Shown here piece after piece: positions 7,419 to 17,864 of a stretch of DNA of 31,625 nucleotides. This DNA is from Gemmatimonadota bacterium. GTDB taxonomy: Bacteria; Gemmatimonadota; Gemmatimonadetes; Longimicrobiales; RSA9. Position 1 is the stretch's first letter. Each line of letters begins with the position of its first letter. The stretch lies in assembly GCA_040905425.1 (NCBI GenBank), contig JBBDRO010000032.1, positions 1-31,625 of the forward strand, given 5' to 3'. Both the position numbers and the translations under genes were made by a program. Below the pieces are notes generated by a model. The model saw nothing but the letters and a program-made list of their open reading frames with translations, did no database searches and was not told the origin of the DNA.

Positions 7419-8578
7419 TGGGACGGCCGCAAGGAGATATGGTTCAGGTGCACATGCTGACGGCGTATCCGGCGGCCCTGCTGAACAGGGACGACGCAGG
7501 GCTGGCAAAGCGGGTTCCGTTCGGCGGTGCGGTGCGGACGCGAATCAGTTCGCAGTGCCTCAAGAAGCACTGGCGCGAGTCTCCCGGAATCGCCGATCTC
7601 GGCGACCTAGCGGTCCGCAGCACGCGCGTGTACGAGCGCGAGGTTGCGCGGCCCCTCATGGAGGAGCACGGCGCCACTGAAACAGAGGCCGTGGCGATCG
7701 CGCAGTGGCTGATGAACCAGTCGGTCGACACCAAGCCCGCCGCGAAGGAGACCGGACTCGAGGCGGCCCAGAGCGGCCAGCTTCTGGTGCTCACCCGCTC
7801 GGAGGTTGAATTCCTGCAAACGCGAGCCGCGGCTCTCCTGAAGGAGTTGCGCGCGGCCGGAGTCGAGGTAGCGAAGCCGGGAGATGTCCCGAAGCACGCG
7901 GAACTAGCCAATGACACGGAGCTGCGTGCCACCCTTAAGGCGCTACCAGCATCGCTGGACACCGCCCTCTTCGGAAGGATGGTCACGTCGGACCTGTTCG
8001 CCCGTGTCGACGCTGCCGTGAGCGTGGCGCATGCGTTCACCACCCACGAGGAGGCGGCGGAGACCGATTACTTCACGGCCGTGGATACGCTGAAGAGTGG
8101 TGCGGATGACGCGGGCGCCGGGCTCATCCAGGACACGGAGCTCACCACCGGTGTGTTCTACCTGTACGCCGTGCTCGACATGAACCAGCTGCGCCATAAC
8201 TTGGTGGGCAACGATGACGGAGGGCTGCCCGATCGTCTGGCGCGCAATCTGGTCGAGGCAATGGCAACCGTGAGCCCCGGAGCCAAGCGCGGTTCGACGG
8301 CCCCCTACTCCTACGCGGAGTTCGTGCTCACCGAGAGGGGCCCGGCTCAGCCTCGAACGCTGGCGAATGCCTTTCTCCAGCCCGTGTCGGCGAACGGGAC
8401 GAACGTGATGACAGCCTCGGCCAACGTGTTGATGGAGCACCGGGCACGATTGGACACGATGTACGGCGCCGCCAAGGTCACTGCCTCGCTGGCGTCGATT
8501 CACGCCGTCAAGGCAGAGGCGCCGGACCGGGTTTCGTTTCCCGAGCTGCTGGAGCGCACCTTCACCACGCCTGTGTAA
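7415..8578 (+). CDS. cas7: Type I-E backbone subunit Cas7 (Cse4/CasC)
   Basis: 'LLNRDDAGLAK', 'RTRISSQCLKKHWR', 'ALFGRM', 'VAHAFTTH', 'DYFTAVD', 'PRTLANAF'. Confidence 0.97.
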   Translation: MMGRPQGDMVQVHMLTAYPAALLNRDDAGLAKRVPFGGAVRTRISSQCLKKHWRESPGIADLGDLAVRSTRVYEREVARPLMEEHGATETEAVAIAQWLMNQSVDTKPAAKETGLEAAQSGQLLVLTRSEVEFLQTRAAALLKELRAAGVEVAKPGDVPKHAELANDTELRATLKALPASLDTALFGRMVTSDLFARVDAAVSVAHAFTTHEEAAETDYFTAVDTLKSGADDAGAGLIQDTELTTGVFYLYAVLDMNQLRHNLVGNDDGGLPDRLARNLVEAMATVSPGAKRGSTAPYSYAEFVLTERGPAQPRTLANAFLQPVSANGTNVMTASANVLMEHRARLDTMYGAAKVTASLASIHAVKAEAPDRVSFPELLERTFTTPV

Positions 8579-9303
8579 TGGCGACGACATCCTTCCTGGT
8601 GTTGCGGCTCGACGCGCCGATGCAATCCTGGGGTCGGGTTGCGATGGATCCGGTCCGGCCTACCCATAGCCACCCCACCCGCTCAGGCCTCGCCGGCTTG
8701 ATCGCCTCTGCGCTGGGATGGCGCTACCGCGATGGAGCGCGTACGACCGCGCTTCAGGACGCCCTACGGTTTGGCATCCGAGAGGATCGTCCCGCACGCA
8801 TCCTGCGCGATTATCACACGGCCGATCTGGGGCGTATCGGGCGGGAGAGCTGGACCCGATGGGGGATGGAACGTCGCGGCGGTGGTACGGCTGCATCGGG
8901 CACGCAGATTCTGGACAAGCACTACCTCGCGGACGCCGTATTCGTGGTGGTCCTCGGCCTCCACGATGGTAGCCCTGTGGATCTTGACGAAATTGCGCAG
9001 GCGCTTCGTACCCCTGCCCGCCCGCTCTTCCTAGGGCGGAAGGGGTGCCTACCCGCAACGCCCATTCTTGTGGGCGAGGTCCAGGCGCCGAACTCGTTCG
9101 AAGCTCTGGCCGCGTGGCCGACCGATTCACGCTCCTCCATCCGCGAAGTGCAATGCTGGTATCAAGATGGTGACGGTCCAGCAGAAGGTGAGCCCGAGGA
9201 GATCTGGGACCGTCGCGACTTCGTCACCGACCGATTCGCCGGCTCTCGCATCGTGCGACGCCATCGCGTGCGTCCCGCGGCGCCCCGCCCAGCCGAGGAG
9301 TGA
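8578..9303 (+). CDS. cas5: Type I-E Cas5 (CasD)
   Basis: 'LRLDAPMQSWG', 'PTRSGLAGLIASALG', 'DYHT', 'YLADA', 'LFLGRKGC'. 241 aa, no extra C-terminal domain. Confidence 0.96.
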   Translation: MATTSFLVLRLDAPMQSWGRVAMDPVRPTHSHPTRSGLAGLIASALGWRYRDGARTTALQDALRFGIREDRPARILRDYHTADLGRIGRESWTRWGMERRGGGTAASGTQILDKHYLADAVFVVVLGLHDGSPVDLDEIAQALRTPARPLFLGRKGCLPATPILVGEVQAPNSFEALAAWPTDSRSSIREVQCWYQDGDGPAEGEPEEIWDRRDFVTDRFAGSRIVRRHRVRPAAPRPAEE

Positions 9304-10025
9304 ACATGAACAGGCCGCACATTTCTGAGGCCGTCCTGGCACTGGATCCTGCACGTGCCGCACGCGGTGCCACGCGGCCCTATCTGGTGCATCAGCTTGT
9401 TGCCGATCTTTTCGGAGAGTTCGAGCGCCGTCCGTTTCTGTACCGTGAGCAGGAAAGCAAGGGTACGTCGCAAACTGTGCTCATCCTTTCGTCTACTGCC
9501 CCGCTAGCTCCAGAGGAAGTTCCCGTGAGAGATGTGGGCGTTGTGCGCTCCATCCGTTCAAAGCCGTTCGTGGTGGATGTGCCGCCTGGTACCATGCTCG
9601 ACTTCGAAATCAGGCTGAACGCAACCAAGGATGTTCCTACCTCCAAGGGAGCGAGATCGAAGCGCATGGATGTGTGGGAGGCAGTGTGGCAGGAGCATCC
9701 GGAGACAACTCGCTCACCTGAACAGGTTTACGGAGAATATCTACAGCGCAAGCTCGACGGCGCCGGCAAAATGGGCGCTTGCGCCCTCGTGGCGCGAGGG
9801 CTTGTGCGGGCCCGCAAGCAGCTGTCCGGCCCCAAACCGATCACCTTCGTGGCTGCCGATCTGATTGGCACGATGGAGGTCACGGACCCGCATGCGCTTG
9901 TGGCTGCTGTTTCCGGGGGCATGGGGCGCGCCAAAGCCTTCGGCTGTGGTTTGATGTGTCTCTCGCGGCCGGGAACGGTCCTGCCACGCCGTCACCCCGA
10001 CGCCGCTCGTGAACTGTACGGGTGA
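9300..10025 (+). CDS. cas6e: Type I-E crRNA-processing endoribonuclease Cas6e (Cse3/CasE)
   Basis: 'YLVHQLV' (His), 'FLYR', 'FEIRLNATK', Gly-rich loop 'GMGRAKAFGCGLM'. Start is GTG 9300 or ATG 9306. Confidence 0.95.
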   Translation: MNMNRPHISEAVLALDPARAARGATRPYLVHQLVADLFGEFERRPFLYREQESKGTSQTVLILSSTAPLAPEEVPVRDVGVVRSIRSKPFVVDVPPGTMLDFEIRLNATKDVPTSKGARSKRMDVWEAVWQEHPETTRSPEQVYGEYLQRKLDGAGKMGACALVARGLVRARKQLSGPKPITFVAADLIGTMEVTDPHALVAAVSGGMGRAKAFGCGLMCLSRPGTVLPRRHPDAARELYG

Positions 10026-10861
10026 TGCTGCAACTCAAGAATCGCCTCTCGTTCTTCTACGTACAGCGAGGTTCGCTGACCGTCGTTGATGGCTGTCTGG
10101 TGTTGACGGACAGCGACGATGCCAAGCAGTACGAGGTGCCCGCGCGGGCAACGGTGACCATCATGGTCGGGCCTGGGACAAATGTCAGCACCGAAGCCAT
10201 GAAGCTGGCTGGGCGATATGGGCTAACGGTGACCTGGGTGGGGGAGCAGGGAGTCCGGTGCTACTCGGCCGGGCGGTCGTGGTCGGATAATACCGAATGG
10301 CTCGAAAAACAGGTCCATGCATACGCCGATCCGAAGCTCACCTTGCAGGTGGCGCGTGAGATGTTCTACCGCCGCTTCGGCGTACGCATGGAGCGTCGGA
10401 GCGTGGACCAGCTTAGAGGCATTGAAGGCGCCCGGGTACGTGAATTTTACAAGCTCAAGGCGCAGGAGTATGGCATTCCCTGGAACGGTCGGCGATACAT
10501 CCCTGGGAATCCGCTTCGGGAGACAGACGCACCTAATCTGGCGTTGAACGTGGCCAACGTCTGCCTTTACGGTCTGGTCGAAACGGCGTGCCACGCCACA
10601 GGAATGAGTCCGGCGCTGGGATTCATTCACCGCGGGAAGTCTGTTTCGTTCGTGCTGGACATCGCCGACCTCTACAAATTTGAACACACGATTCCCCTCG
10701 CGTTTGGCGCCGTCGCAAAGAGGGGCCGCAACGCACGGGTGTGGCCAGGCCTGGAAGGCGACCTTCGGCGCGCTTCACGGGATCATTTCCGTAAAACGTC
10801 CCTCTTGGAGCGAATCGTAACCGACATGACGGGGTTGATCGATGCTGGTGTTGGTTCTTGA
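10022..10861 (+). CDS. cas1: Type I-E Cas1 integrase (short C-terminus)
   Basis: 'VGPGTNVSTEA', 'WVGEQGVRCY', 'QLRGIEGARVR', 'WNGRRY', 'LGFIHRGKSVSFVLDIADLYK' with catalytic E/H/D equivalents present. Confidence 0.97.
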   Translation: MMLQLKNRLSFFYVQRGSLTVVDGCLVLTDSDDAKQYEVPARATVTIMVGPGTNVSTEAMKLAGRYGLTVTWVGEQGVRCYSAGRSWSDNTEWLEKQVHAYADPKLTLQVAREMFYRRFGVRMERRSVDQLRGIEGARVREFYKLKAQEYGIPWNGRRYIPGNPLRETDAPNLALNVANVCLYGLVETACHATGMSPALGFIHRGKSVSFVLDIADLYKFEHTIPLAFGAVAKRGRNARVWPGLEGDLRRASRDHFRKTSLLERIVTDMTGLIDAGVGS

Positions 10862-11162
10862 ATGCGCCCCGCCGAAAGTAGTCGGTTTCTGTTCGTCGTG
10901 GGCCCTTCAGATCGCCACGGGAGTGTATGTGGCGAACCTTCCACGCAGGGAGATGGAAGAGATCTGGGAGCAGATCGTCGACTGGGCGGATGAACAAACG
11001 CGGATTGTCATGGTCTGGGATTCACCGGCCACTGAACAGGGTCTGGAACACCGGCTTTTCGGCAAGCCTCGACGTACCGTCACCGATCGTGAAGGGCTCC
11101 TCATCTCGACATGGTCGCCCCGTCTCCAAGATGACCTCGCGGAACCCGAACAGACCCCGTAG
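10842..11162 (+). CDS. cas2: Type I-E Cas2 (no DnaQ fusion)
   Basis: 'MLVLVLECAPP...W...GVYV...IWEQI...EQG...G..RR..D.EGL' pattern. 106 aa, overlaps the cas1 3' end. Confidence 0.93.
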   Translation: MLVLVLECAPPKVVGFCSSWALQIATGVYVANLPRREMEEIWEQIVDWADEQTRIVMVWDSPATEQGLEHRLFGKPRRTVTDREGLLISTWSPRLQDDLAEPEQTP

Positions 11163-11213
11163 CATTTTTCAACATCCTGCAACTCGAAGTGCCCCAAGAC
11201 GTTAACTCGAAGA
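11163..11213 (+). promoter_or_regulatory. CRISPR leader (short, 51 bp)
   Basis: Lower-GC segment between the cas2 stop and the first repeat. Contains AACTCGAAG twice (11181-11189, 11204-11212). Confidence 0.75.
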
Positions 11214-14200
11214 GTGAGCCCCGCGCCTGCGGGGGTGGGCCGGAGCGCAAGCGGAACCAGGCGGCGTTTGCGGGGTGAGCCCCGCGCCTGCGGGGGTGGG
11301 CCTGCCACTTTGCAGCCGGGCGTTGCGCACCTCCGGTGAGCCCCGCGCCTGCGGGGGTGGGCCGATCGTGGCCACCTGGACATCCGGGACAGGCGCGTGA
11401 GCCCCGCGCCTGCGGGGGTGGGCCCGAGGTGGACTTCTCGAAGGCGGGCGTGGTCAAGTGAGCCCCGCGCCTGCGGGGGTGGGCCGCCAGCACCGTCTCC
11501 CGCTCGGCCGACCTGCTCGTGAGCCCCGCGCCTGCGGGGGTGGGCCTCTCGTCGTCTGCCGCACCCTGATTGATCGTGAGTGAGCCCCGCGCCTGCGGGG
11601 GTGGGCCGGACGTTGCCGACATGAACGCCGATGCCATCATGTGAGCCCCGCGCCTGCGGGGGTGGGCCTTGGACAGACGTGCGGGTGAAGTGGCTGCGCT
11701 CGTGAGCCCCGCGCCTGCGGGGGTGGGCCCCTGTGGGCAGAACCGCTACTCGAAGACCTGGAGTGAGCCCCGCGCCTGCGGGGGTGGGCCCTTTCAGCAC
11801 TGCGCGCACGTCACGTTCTTCCCGTGAGCCCCGCGCCTGCGGGGGTGGGCCGGCGTCACCCTCCGACCTCGCGCGGAGGCTGCTGTGAGCCCCGCGCCTG
11901 CGGGGGTGGGCCTGTGACGCACCGCGCGCGCGCCCCCCGCATGCGGTGAGCCCCGCGCCTGCGGGGGTGGGCCCCTGGCGAGCTACCGTGCTGCTCCACC
12001 CTGCTAGTGAGCCCCGCGCCTGCGGGGGTGGGCCCGCGGGAGGCCGCCGTCCTGGAGGAAAACATCCGTGAGCCCCGCGCCTGCGGGGGTGGGCCTCCTG
12101 CCGTGCAGGGGCCAGCCGTGTTCCCACCGTGAGCCCCGCGCCTGCGGGGGTGGGCCGCGCACGTACTCGCCCGACTGGAAGTTGCGCGCGTGAGCCCCGC
12201 GCCTGCGGGGGTGGGCCCTTCAACGACACCGTGGCGGTGGGCGACGGCGAGTGAGCCCCGCGCCTGCGGGGGTGGGCCGCCATGTCAGCGCCTCCCCACG
12301 AGTGCGGCAATGTGAGCCCCGCGCCTGCGGGGGTGGGCCGGTGGCCATGGCGGCCGATGCGCTGGACCGCGCGTGAGCCCCGCGCCTGCGGGGGTGGGCC
12401 GCTCCATCCCATGTCGAAGGGGATCCTCAGCCGGTGAGCCCCGCGCCTGCGGGGGTGGGCCGCCGCAACGGGTTTCGGGAGTTTAGCGCAACAAGTGAGC
12501 CCCGCGCCTGCGGGGGTGGGCCTGGCTGTGGCCTGGATGGTGGCCAGGTCTACCGGTGAGCCCCGCGCCTGCGGGGGTGGGCCCTGGTCTACATAGGCGC
12601 GCAGCACTTCGACTGCGTGAGCCCCGCGCCTGCGGGGGTGGGCCCGGTTGCCATCTATGCCCCCAGAATCAGTATGTGTGAGCCCCGCGCCTGCGGGGGT
12701 GGGCCCACGTTCGGCACGATCCGCGTCCAGAGCGCGCAGTGAGCCCCGCGCCTGCGGGGGTGGGCCTTGAGTAGCCAAGCCGCCGTCGTCCCTGACCGTG
12801 TGAGCCCCGCGCCTGCGGGGGTGGGCCCCGAGAACGCCTATGGCCACTTCAAGGGCGATGGTGAGCCCCGCGCCTGCGGGGGTGGGCCGGTGCCCCAACA
12901 TGACGCCTGCGGCGCTCGGAGGTGAGCCCCGCGCCTGCGGGGGTGGGCCTTCTGCCGGGTCATGTCGCTACCCCCTCCCGCTGTGAGCCCCGCGCCTGCG
13001 GGGGTGGGCCTCATCAAGGGCGCGGTGTCGATGGAGAACGCGAGTGAGCCCCGCGCCTGCGGGGGTGGGCCGGTGGCAGGGGAGCCGGAGGCGGAAGGCG
13101 TCGAGTGAGCCCCGCGCCTGCGGGGGTGGGCCTCAGGGTGCGGCGGACGACGAGATCCTGGCGTTGTGAGCCCCGCGCCTGCGGGGGTGGGCCTTCGTCG
13201 GACGTGTCCGGGGACGCCGAGTTCAAGTGAGCCCCGCGCCTGCGGGGGTGGGCCTGGCGACCGCGACGGACGGCGTAGCTATCACACGTGAGCCCCGCGC
13301 CTGCGGGGGTGGGCCTGAGCTGTACGCCGCCGCCAACCAGGTCGGCTTGTGAGCCCCGCGCCTGCGGGGGTGGGCCGGGTAGAGAACGTGGAAAAAATGA
13401 TGCGTGACGGTGAGCCCCGCGCCTGCGGGGGTGGGCCGACGAAGTGGCGGAAGTCGTGGACCTGCGGGCAGTGAGCCCCGCGCCTGCGGGGGTGGGCCTG
13501 TCTGCTGAGTGCGTCATCGTCACTCCAGGGGGTGAGCCCCGCGCCTGCGGGGGTGGGCCCCACCAGCCACAACCACCCGGCGCTTTGCCTCACGTGAGCC
13601 CCGCGCCTGCGGGGGTGGGCCCTGCACCGTGAAGGTTCTGCCACAGGTGGGGCAGTGAGCCCCGCGCCTGCGGGGGTGGGCCCGCTTCCAGCCGATCCTT
13701 CCCACATGGTGCCACGTGAGCCCCGCGCCTGCGGGGGTGGGCCCAGGTCGCGCACCGGAAACTTGAGGCGCTTGTGGTGAGCCCCGCGCCTGCGGGGGTG
13801 GGCCGGCTGCACGGTCGCTCGGGGTTACGAAGGGGTAGTGAGCCCCGCGCCTGCGGGGGTGGGCCGTCGACTTGTCATGTTAAGATAGGCCCGGATTCGT
13901 GAGCCCCGCGCCTGCGGGGGTGGGCCTACATCATGTCGAGGATCGCGTTGACCGCGCCCGTGAGCCCCGCGCCTGCGGGGGTGGGCCAGGCGCACACATT
14001 GAGCGGGGGTAAGCTGTCGAGTGAGCCCCGCGCCTGCGGGGGTGGGCCGTCCTGAACGTCCAGACATACGGGCTCTCAACCGTGAGCCCCGCGCCTGCGG
14101 GGGTGGGCCCGTTGGCCGGCGATTCTTCGGCGCCGGCCACTTGTGAGCCCCGCGCCTGCGGGGGTGGGCCGGCATATGGGGCGCGCGCATGGGGCCGTGG

Positions 14201-17200
14201 CAGGTGAGCCCCGCGCCTGCGGGGGTGGGCCGCGTCCAGCGGTTGCTGATCGAGCCATCGTTGTGTGAGCCCCGCGCCTGCGGGGGTGGGCCTACTGCCT
14301 GGTTCATGCTTTACGCCTCCTGCAAGTGAGCCCCGCGCCTGCGGGGGTGGGCCGCTCTTCGGTCAGCTTGACCAGCTTCTCGGGTGGTGAGCCCCGCGCC
14401 TGCGGGGGTGGGCCTGCATAGGTGGCCGGCTTGCTGTACTTGTGATCGTGAGCCCCGCGCCTGCGGGGGTGGGCCCATGTACCATGGAGGGGGCACCACG
14501 ACGCTCCCGTGAGCCCCGCGCCTGCGGGGGTGGGCCGCGGGGTGCACACCCCGATCTGACACAGTGAACGTGAGCCCCGCGCCTGCGGGGGTGGGCCCGG
14601 AGACGAACTGTGACCAATACCGCAACCGCCGTGAGCCCCGCGCCTGCGGGGGTGGGCCTCAGGAGGCGTTTGATTTGACCGTGCAGCTCACGTGAGCCCC
14701 GCGCCTGCGGGGGTGGGCCGCAGGAAATAGGCAGGGAACAGGCGGCTAACCTGTGAGCCCCGCGCCTGCGGGGGTGGGCCGCCGCACTATCAGAGCCCAT
14801 CACAATCCAGCGGGTGAGCCCCGCGCCTGCGGGGGTGGGCCGCCGACCAGCCAGGCGGCCGAGATGGCGAAGAGGTGAGCCCCGCGCCTGCGGGGGTGGG
14901 CCTTTAGGCCATCGGCGCTTCCCGGTCACGTCCGGGTGAGCCCCGCGCCTGCGGGGGTGGGCCCGGCATCCGCCCGGCACGGATCGGCATCAAGCCGTGA
15001 GCCCCGCGCCTGCGGGGGTGGGCCGCGCGATCATCATTCACGAGCGGGGGTACCGATGTGAGCCCCGCGCCTGCGGGGGTGGGCCGTGCCATGCGCCACC
15101 AGCGCTCCGCATCCCTGAGTGAGCCCCGCGCCTGCGGGGGTGGGCCACGCTTTACCACCGGACGCTCCAGCGCGGCGGTGTGAGCCCCGCGCCTGCGGGG
15201 GTGGGCCTGGGGATCTGGAAGATGACACGATTAAGCTCCCGTGAGCCCCGCGCCTGCGGGGGTGGGCCCAGCCACTGTCGGGTGGGGGTGCGCCGCTTCG
15301 TGTGAGCCCCGCGCCTGCGGGGGTGGGCCGCGCACTCGGCATAGCCGGCCAGGTCAACCAGAGTGAGCCCCGCGCCTGCGGGGGTGGGCCGCTTGTTCTG
15401 CGCGCGCTTGGCCTCGCTCTTTGGTGAGCCCCGCGCCTGCGGGGGTGGGCCGCATCGTGAGCACGTGGACAACGAACTAGTTCAGTGAGCCCCGCGCCTG
15501 CGGGGGTGGGCCGTACAAGGAGATCGCCCCCGGGAACTACAACGAGTGAGCCCCGCGCCTGCGGGGGTGGGCCTCGTTCACGCGGCTGCCGGAAGCCAGC
15601 GCGCTCGTGAGCCCCGCGCCTGCGGGGGTGGGCCGCGGTAGCCGGCGCCAGCCTCACGGGCGGCGGCGTGAGCCCCGCGCCTGCGGGGGTGGGCCTGGCG
15701 ATCACGATCAGCGCTAGCTTGATCGCGTGTGAGCCCCGCGCCTGCGGGGGTGGGCCGACATGGTGACCACCCGCGGGGAGCTGTGGACGGTGAGCCCCGC
15801 GCCTGCGGGGGTGGGCCGCCCCCCTGGAGGCGCCGTGAAAAAGGCATCTAGTGAGCCCCGCGCCTGCGGGGGTGGGCCGCGTGTTGCCCATGGTGCTGGT
15901 CGTGGTCCGAAGTGAGCCCCGCGCCTGCGGGGGTGGGCCGAACACGAACCGCGCGCTGGCCAAGGCGAAGAAGTGAGCCCCGCGCCTGCGGGGGTGGGCC
16001 GTACGTCGGCGCAGCCACGGGCGGCGGGCCGGCGTGAGCCCCGCGCCTGCGGGGGTGGGCCTGGACCTGGGCAAGGCGCCCAAGATCACCGGCAGTGAGC
16101 CCCGCGCCTGCGGGGGTGGGCCGTGCGCGATCATGAGGGAGTGCAGCGTCATCAGGTGAGCCCCGCGCCTGCGGGGGTGGGCCGGACTTGGCCGACTGGC
16201 TGACCGCTCCGGACGCGTGAGCCCCGCGCCTGCGGGGGTGGGCCGGCCGGCGTGGTCGGCAAGGTGCTGGCCAACCTGTGAGCCCCGCGCCTGCGGGGGT
16301 GGGCCGACGAGGCCCTGATGGACGAGCTGGCGGCGGTCGTGAGCCCCGCGCCTGCGGGGGTGGGCCGACGTACAGCCTTCTCGACCTGACCGCGCAAGTG
16401 TGAGCCCCGCGCCTGCGGGGGTGGGCCGGTCGTCCAGTCGGTCGACTTCCAGGCGATGCAGTGAGCCCCGCGCCTGCGGGGGTGGGCCTGCGGAGTGCCG
16501 GGATGCGGGCACGTCATACGAGTGAGCCCCGCGCCTGCGGGGGTGGGCCCCCTGAGTGTGGGCCGCTACCGGAAAGCACAGGGTGAGCCCCGCGCCTGCG
16601 GGGGTGGGCCGTGGGCTGGGAGAACGCCAGCCAGCTCGGCGCCGTGAGCCCCGCGCCTGCGGGGGTGGGCCTAACCATACTCTCCAGGAGCGCCAGTGTA
16701 CGGGGTGAGCCCCGCGCCTGCGGGGGTGGGCCGTTTGCAGATGAGCTGCGAAACGGAATCGTCAAGTGAGCCCCGCGCCTGCGGGGGTGGGCCGCTTGCA
16801 CCGCGTCTCCGCCACGGAGTGCACGTGTGAGCCCCGCGCCTGCGGGGGTGGGCCCCCTGCCCGACCCGCAGGAAGAACGGCGACCACGTGAGCCCCGCGC
16901 CTGCGGGGGTGGGCCGGCGCCCTACATCACCGAAACGGGAACACTCAGGTGAGCCCCGCGCCTGCGGGGGTGGGCCTCATGGACCAGGGCGAACACCACT
17001 GGCAGGACGGTGAGCCCCGCGCCTGCGGGGGTGGGCCGAAAACAGGGGGACGAAATGAGCGAACTGAAGGGTGAGCCCCGCGCCTGCGGGGGTGGGCCGG
17101 CGTCCCAGATAATGCGCTCCAGCCAGTCCCCGTGAGCCCCGCGCCTGCGGGGGTGGGCCCGAGGATCAGGCCACACCGGCAGACGTAGAGGTGTGAGCCC

Positions 17201-17586
17201 CGCGCCTGCGGGGGTGGGCCCGAAAGACACCACATCCATAGCCACCTACCCACGTGAGCCCCGCGCCTGCGGGGGTGGGCCCCATATTTGGCGCTCCAAC
17301 ACCAACACACGGGCGTGAGCCCCGCGCCTGCGGGGGTGGGCCGCCGGCCACGTTCGTCGCTCTCGTGCATAAGCAGTGAGCCCCGCGCCTGCGGGGGTGG
17401 GCCCCATGATACTCGGACAGAACCCCGGCGAGGCGTGTGAGCCCCGCGCCTGCGGGGGTGGGCCGCCCTCGTACTCGGATTGAATCTCGGCCAGGTCGTG
17501 AGCCCCGCGCCTGCGGGGGTGGGCCTCGTGGAGTAGGTCTGCTATGTGCTGCTGTAGGGTGAGCCCCGCGCCTGCGGGGGTGGGCC
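11214..17586 (+). CRISPR. Type I-E CRISPR array: 105 repeats (GTGAGCCCCGCGCCTGCGGGGGTGGGCC, 28 bp), 104 spacers
   Basis: 61-bp period throughout (33-nt spacers), except one 34-nt spacer at 13560-13593. Hairpin CCCCGC-GCCT-GCGGGG. Orientation from similarity to the E. coli I-E repeat GTGTTCCCCGCGCCAGCGGGGATAAACC and from leader position. Confidence 0.99.
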
Positions 17587-17860
17587 TATTCCGACGGCGC
17601 CACGGGAGGATCTCGATTTCCGGCACGATGCGGGGGCTGATGTGGTCGCTGACCAGGTTGGCCAGCCGCTCCTCCACGTCGAGCGCAGCGGTTACACCTC
17701 GAACGTGGCGGCTGCCGTCCTCAACGCCAACCAGCAGTGTGCCGCCCGCCGTATTGGCGATTGCCACGATCGTCTTGAGCGCACCATGTGGCGAGGAAAG
17801 ATCACGCTTGAACTCCAGCGTCTTGCCCTCCGGCCGCCTCAGGATCTCGAGTAGGTCCAT
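17587..17860 (-). pseudogene. 3'-truncated Schlafen/AlbA_2-domain gene (AlbA_2 + HATPase_c_4 + wHTH type)
   Basis: MDLLEILRRPEGKTLEFKRDLSS...IVAIANTAGGTLLVGVED is the AlbA_2 signature. After about 90 codons (…EILPWRR) the frame runs into the last CRISPR repeat and stops only at 17246. Confidence 0.85.
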
Positions 17861-17864
17861 CGTG

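Noticed and set aside
8578..9303. Possible HNH-fused Cas5 or Cas8, or Cas2-DnaQ variant
   Set aside because: Cas5 (241 aa), Cas8e (524 aa) and Cas2 (106 aa) are normal length with no HNH or DEDDh motifs, and Cas3 is intact.
12889..12921. Spacer 28 shares GTGCCCCAA with the leader (11189-11197) and CGCCTGCGG with the repeat
   Set aside because: Only 9-nt matches in GC-rich sequence, and the leader site is preceded by GAA rather than an AAB-type PAM; likely chance.
10907..17370. Long minus-strand ORFs (up to 664 aa) with recurring PTPAGAGLT / AHPRRRGAH / GPPPQARGS
   Set aside because: Translations of the CRISPR repeat, which has no stop codon on the minus strand; not genes.
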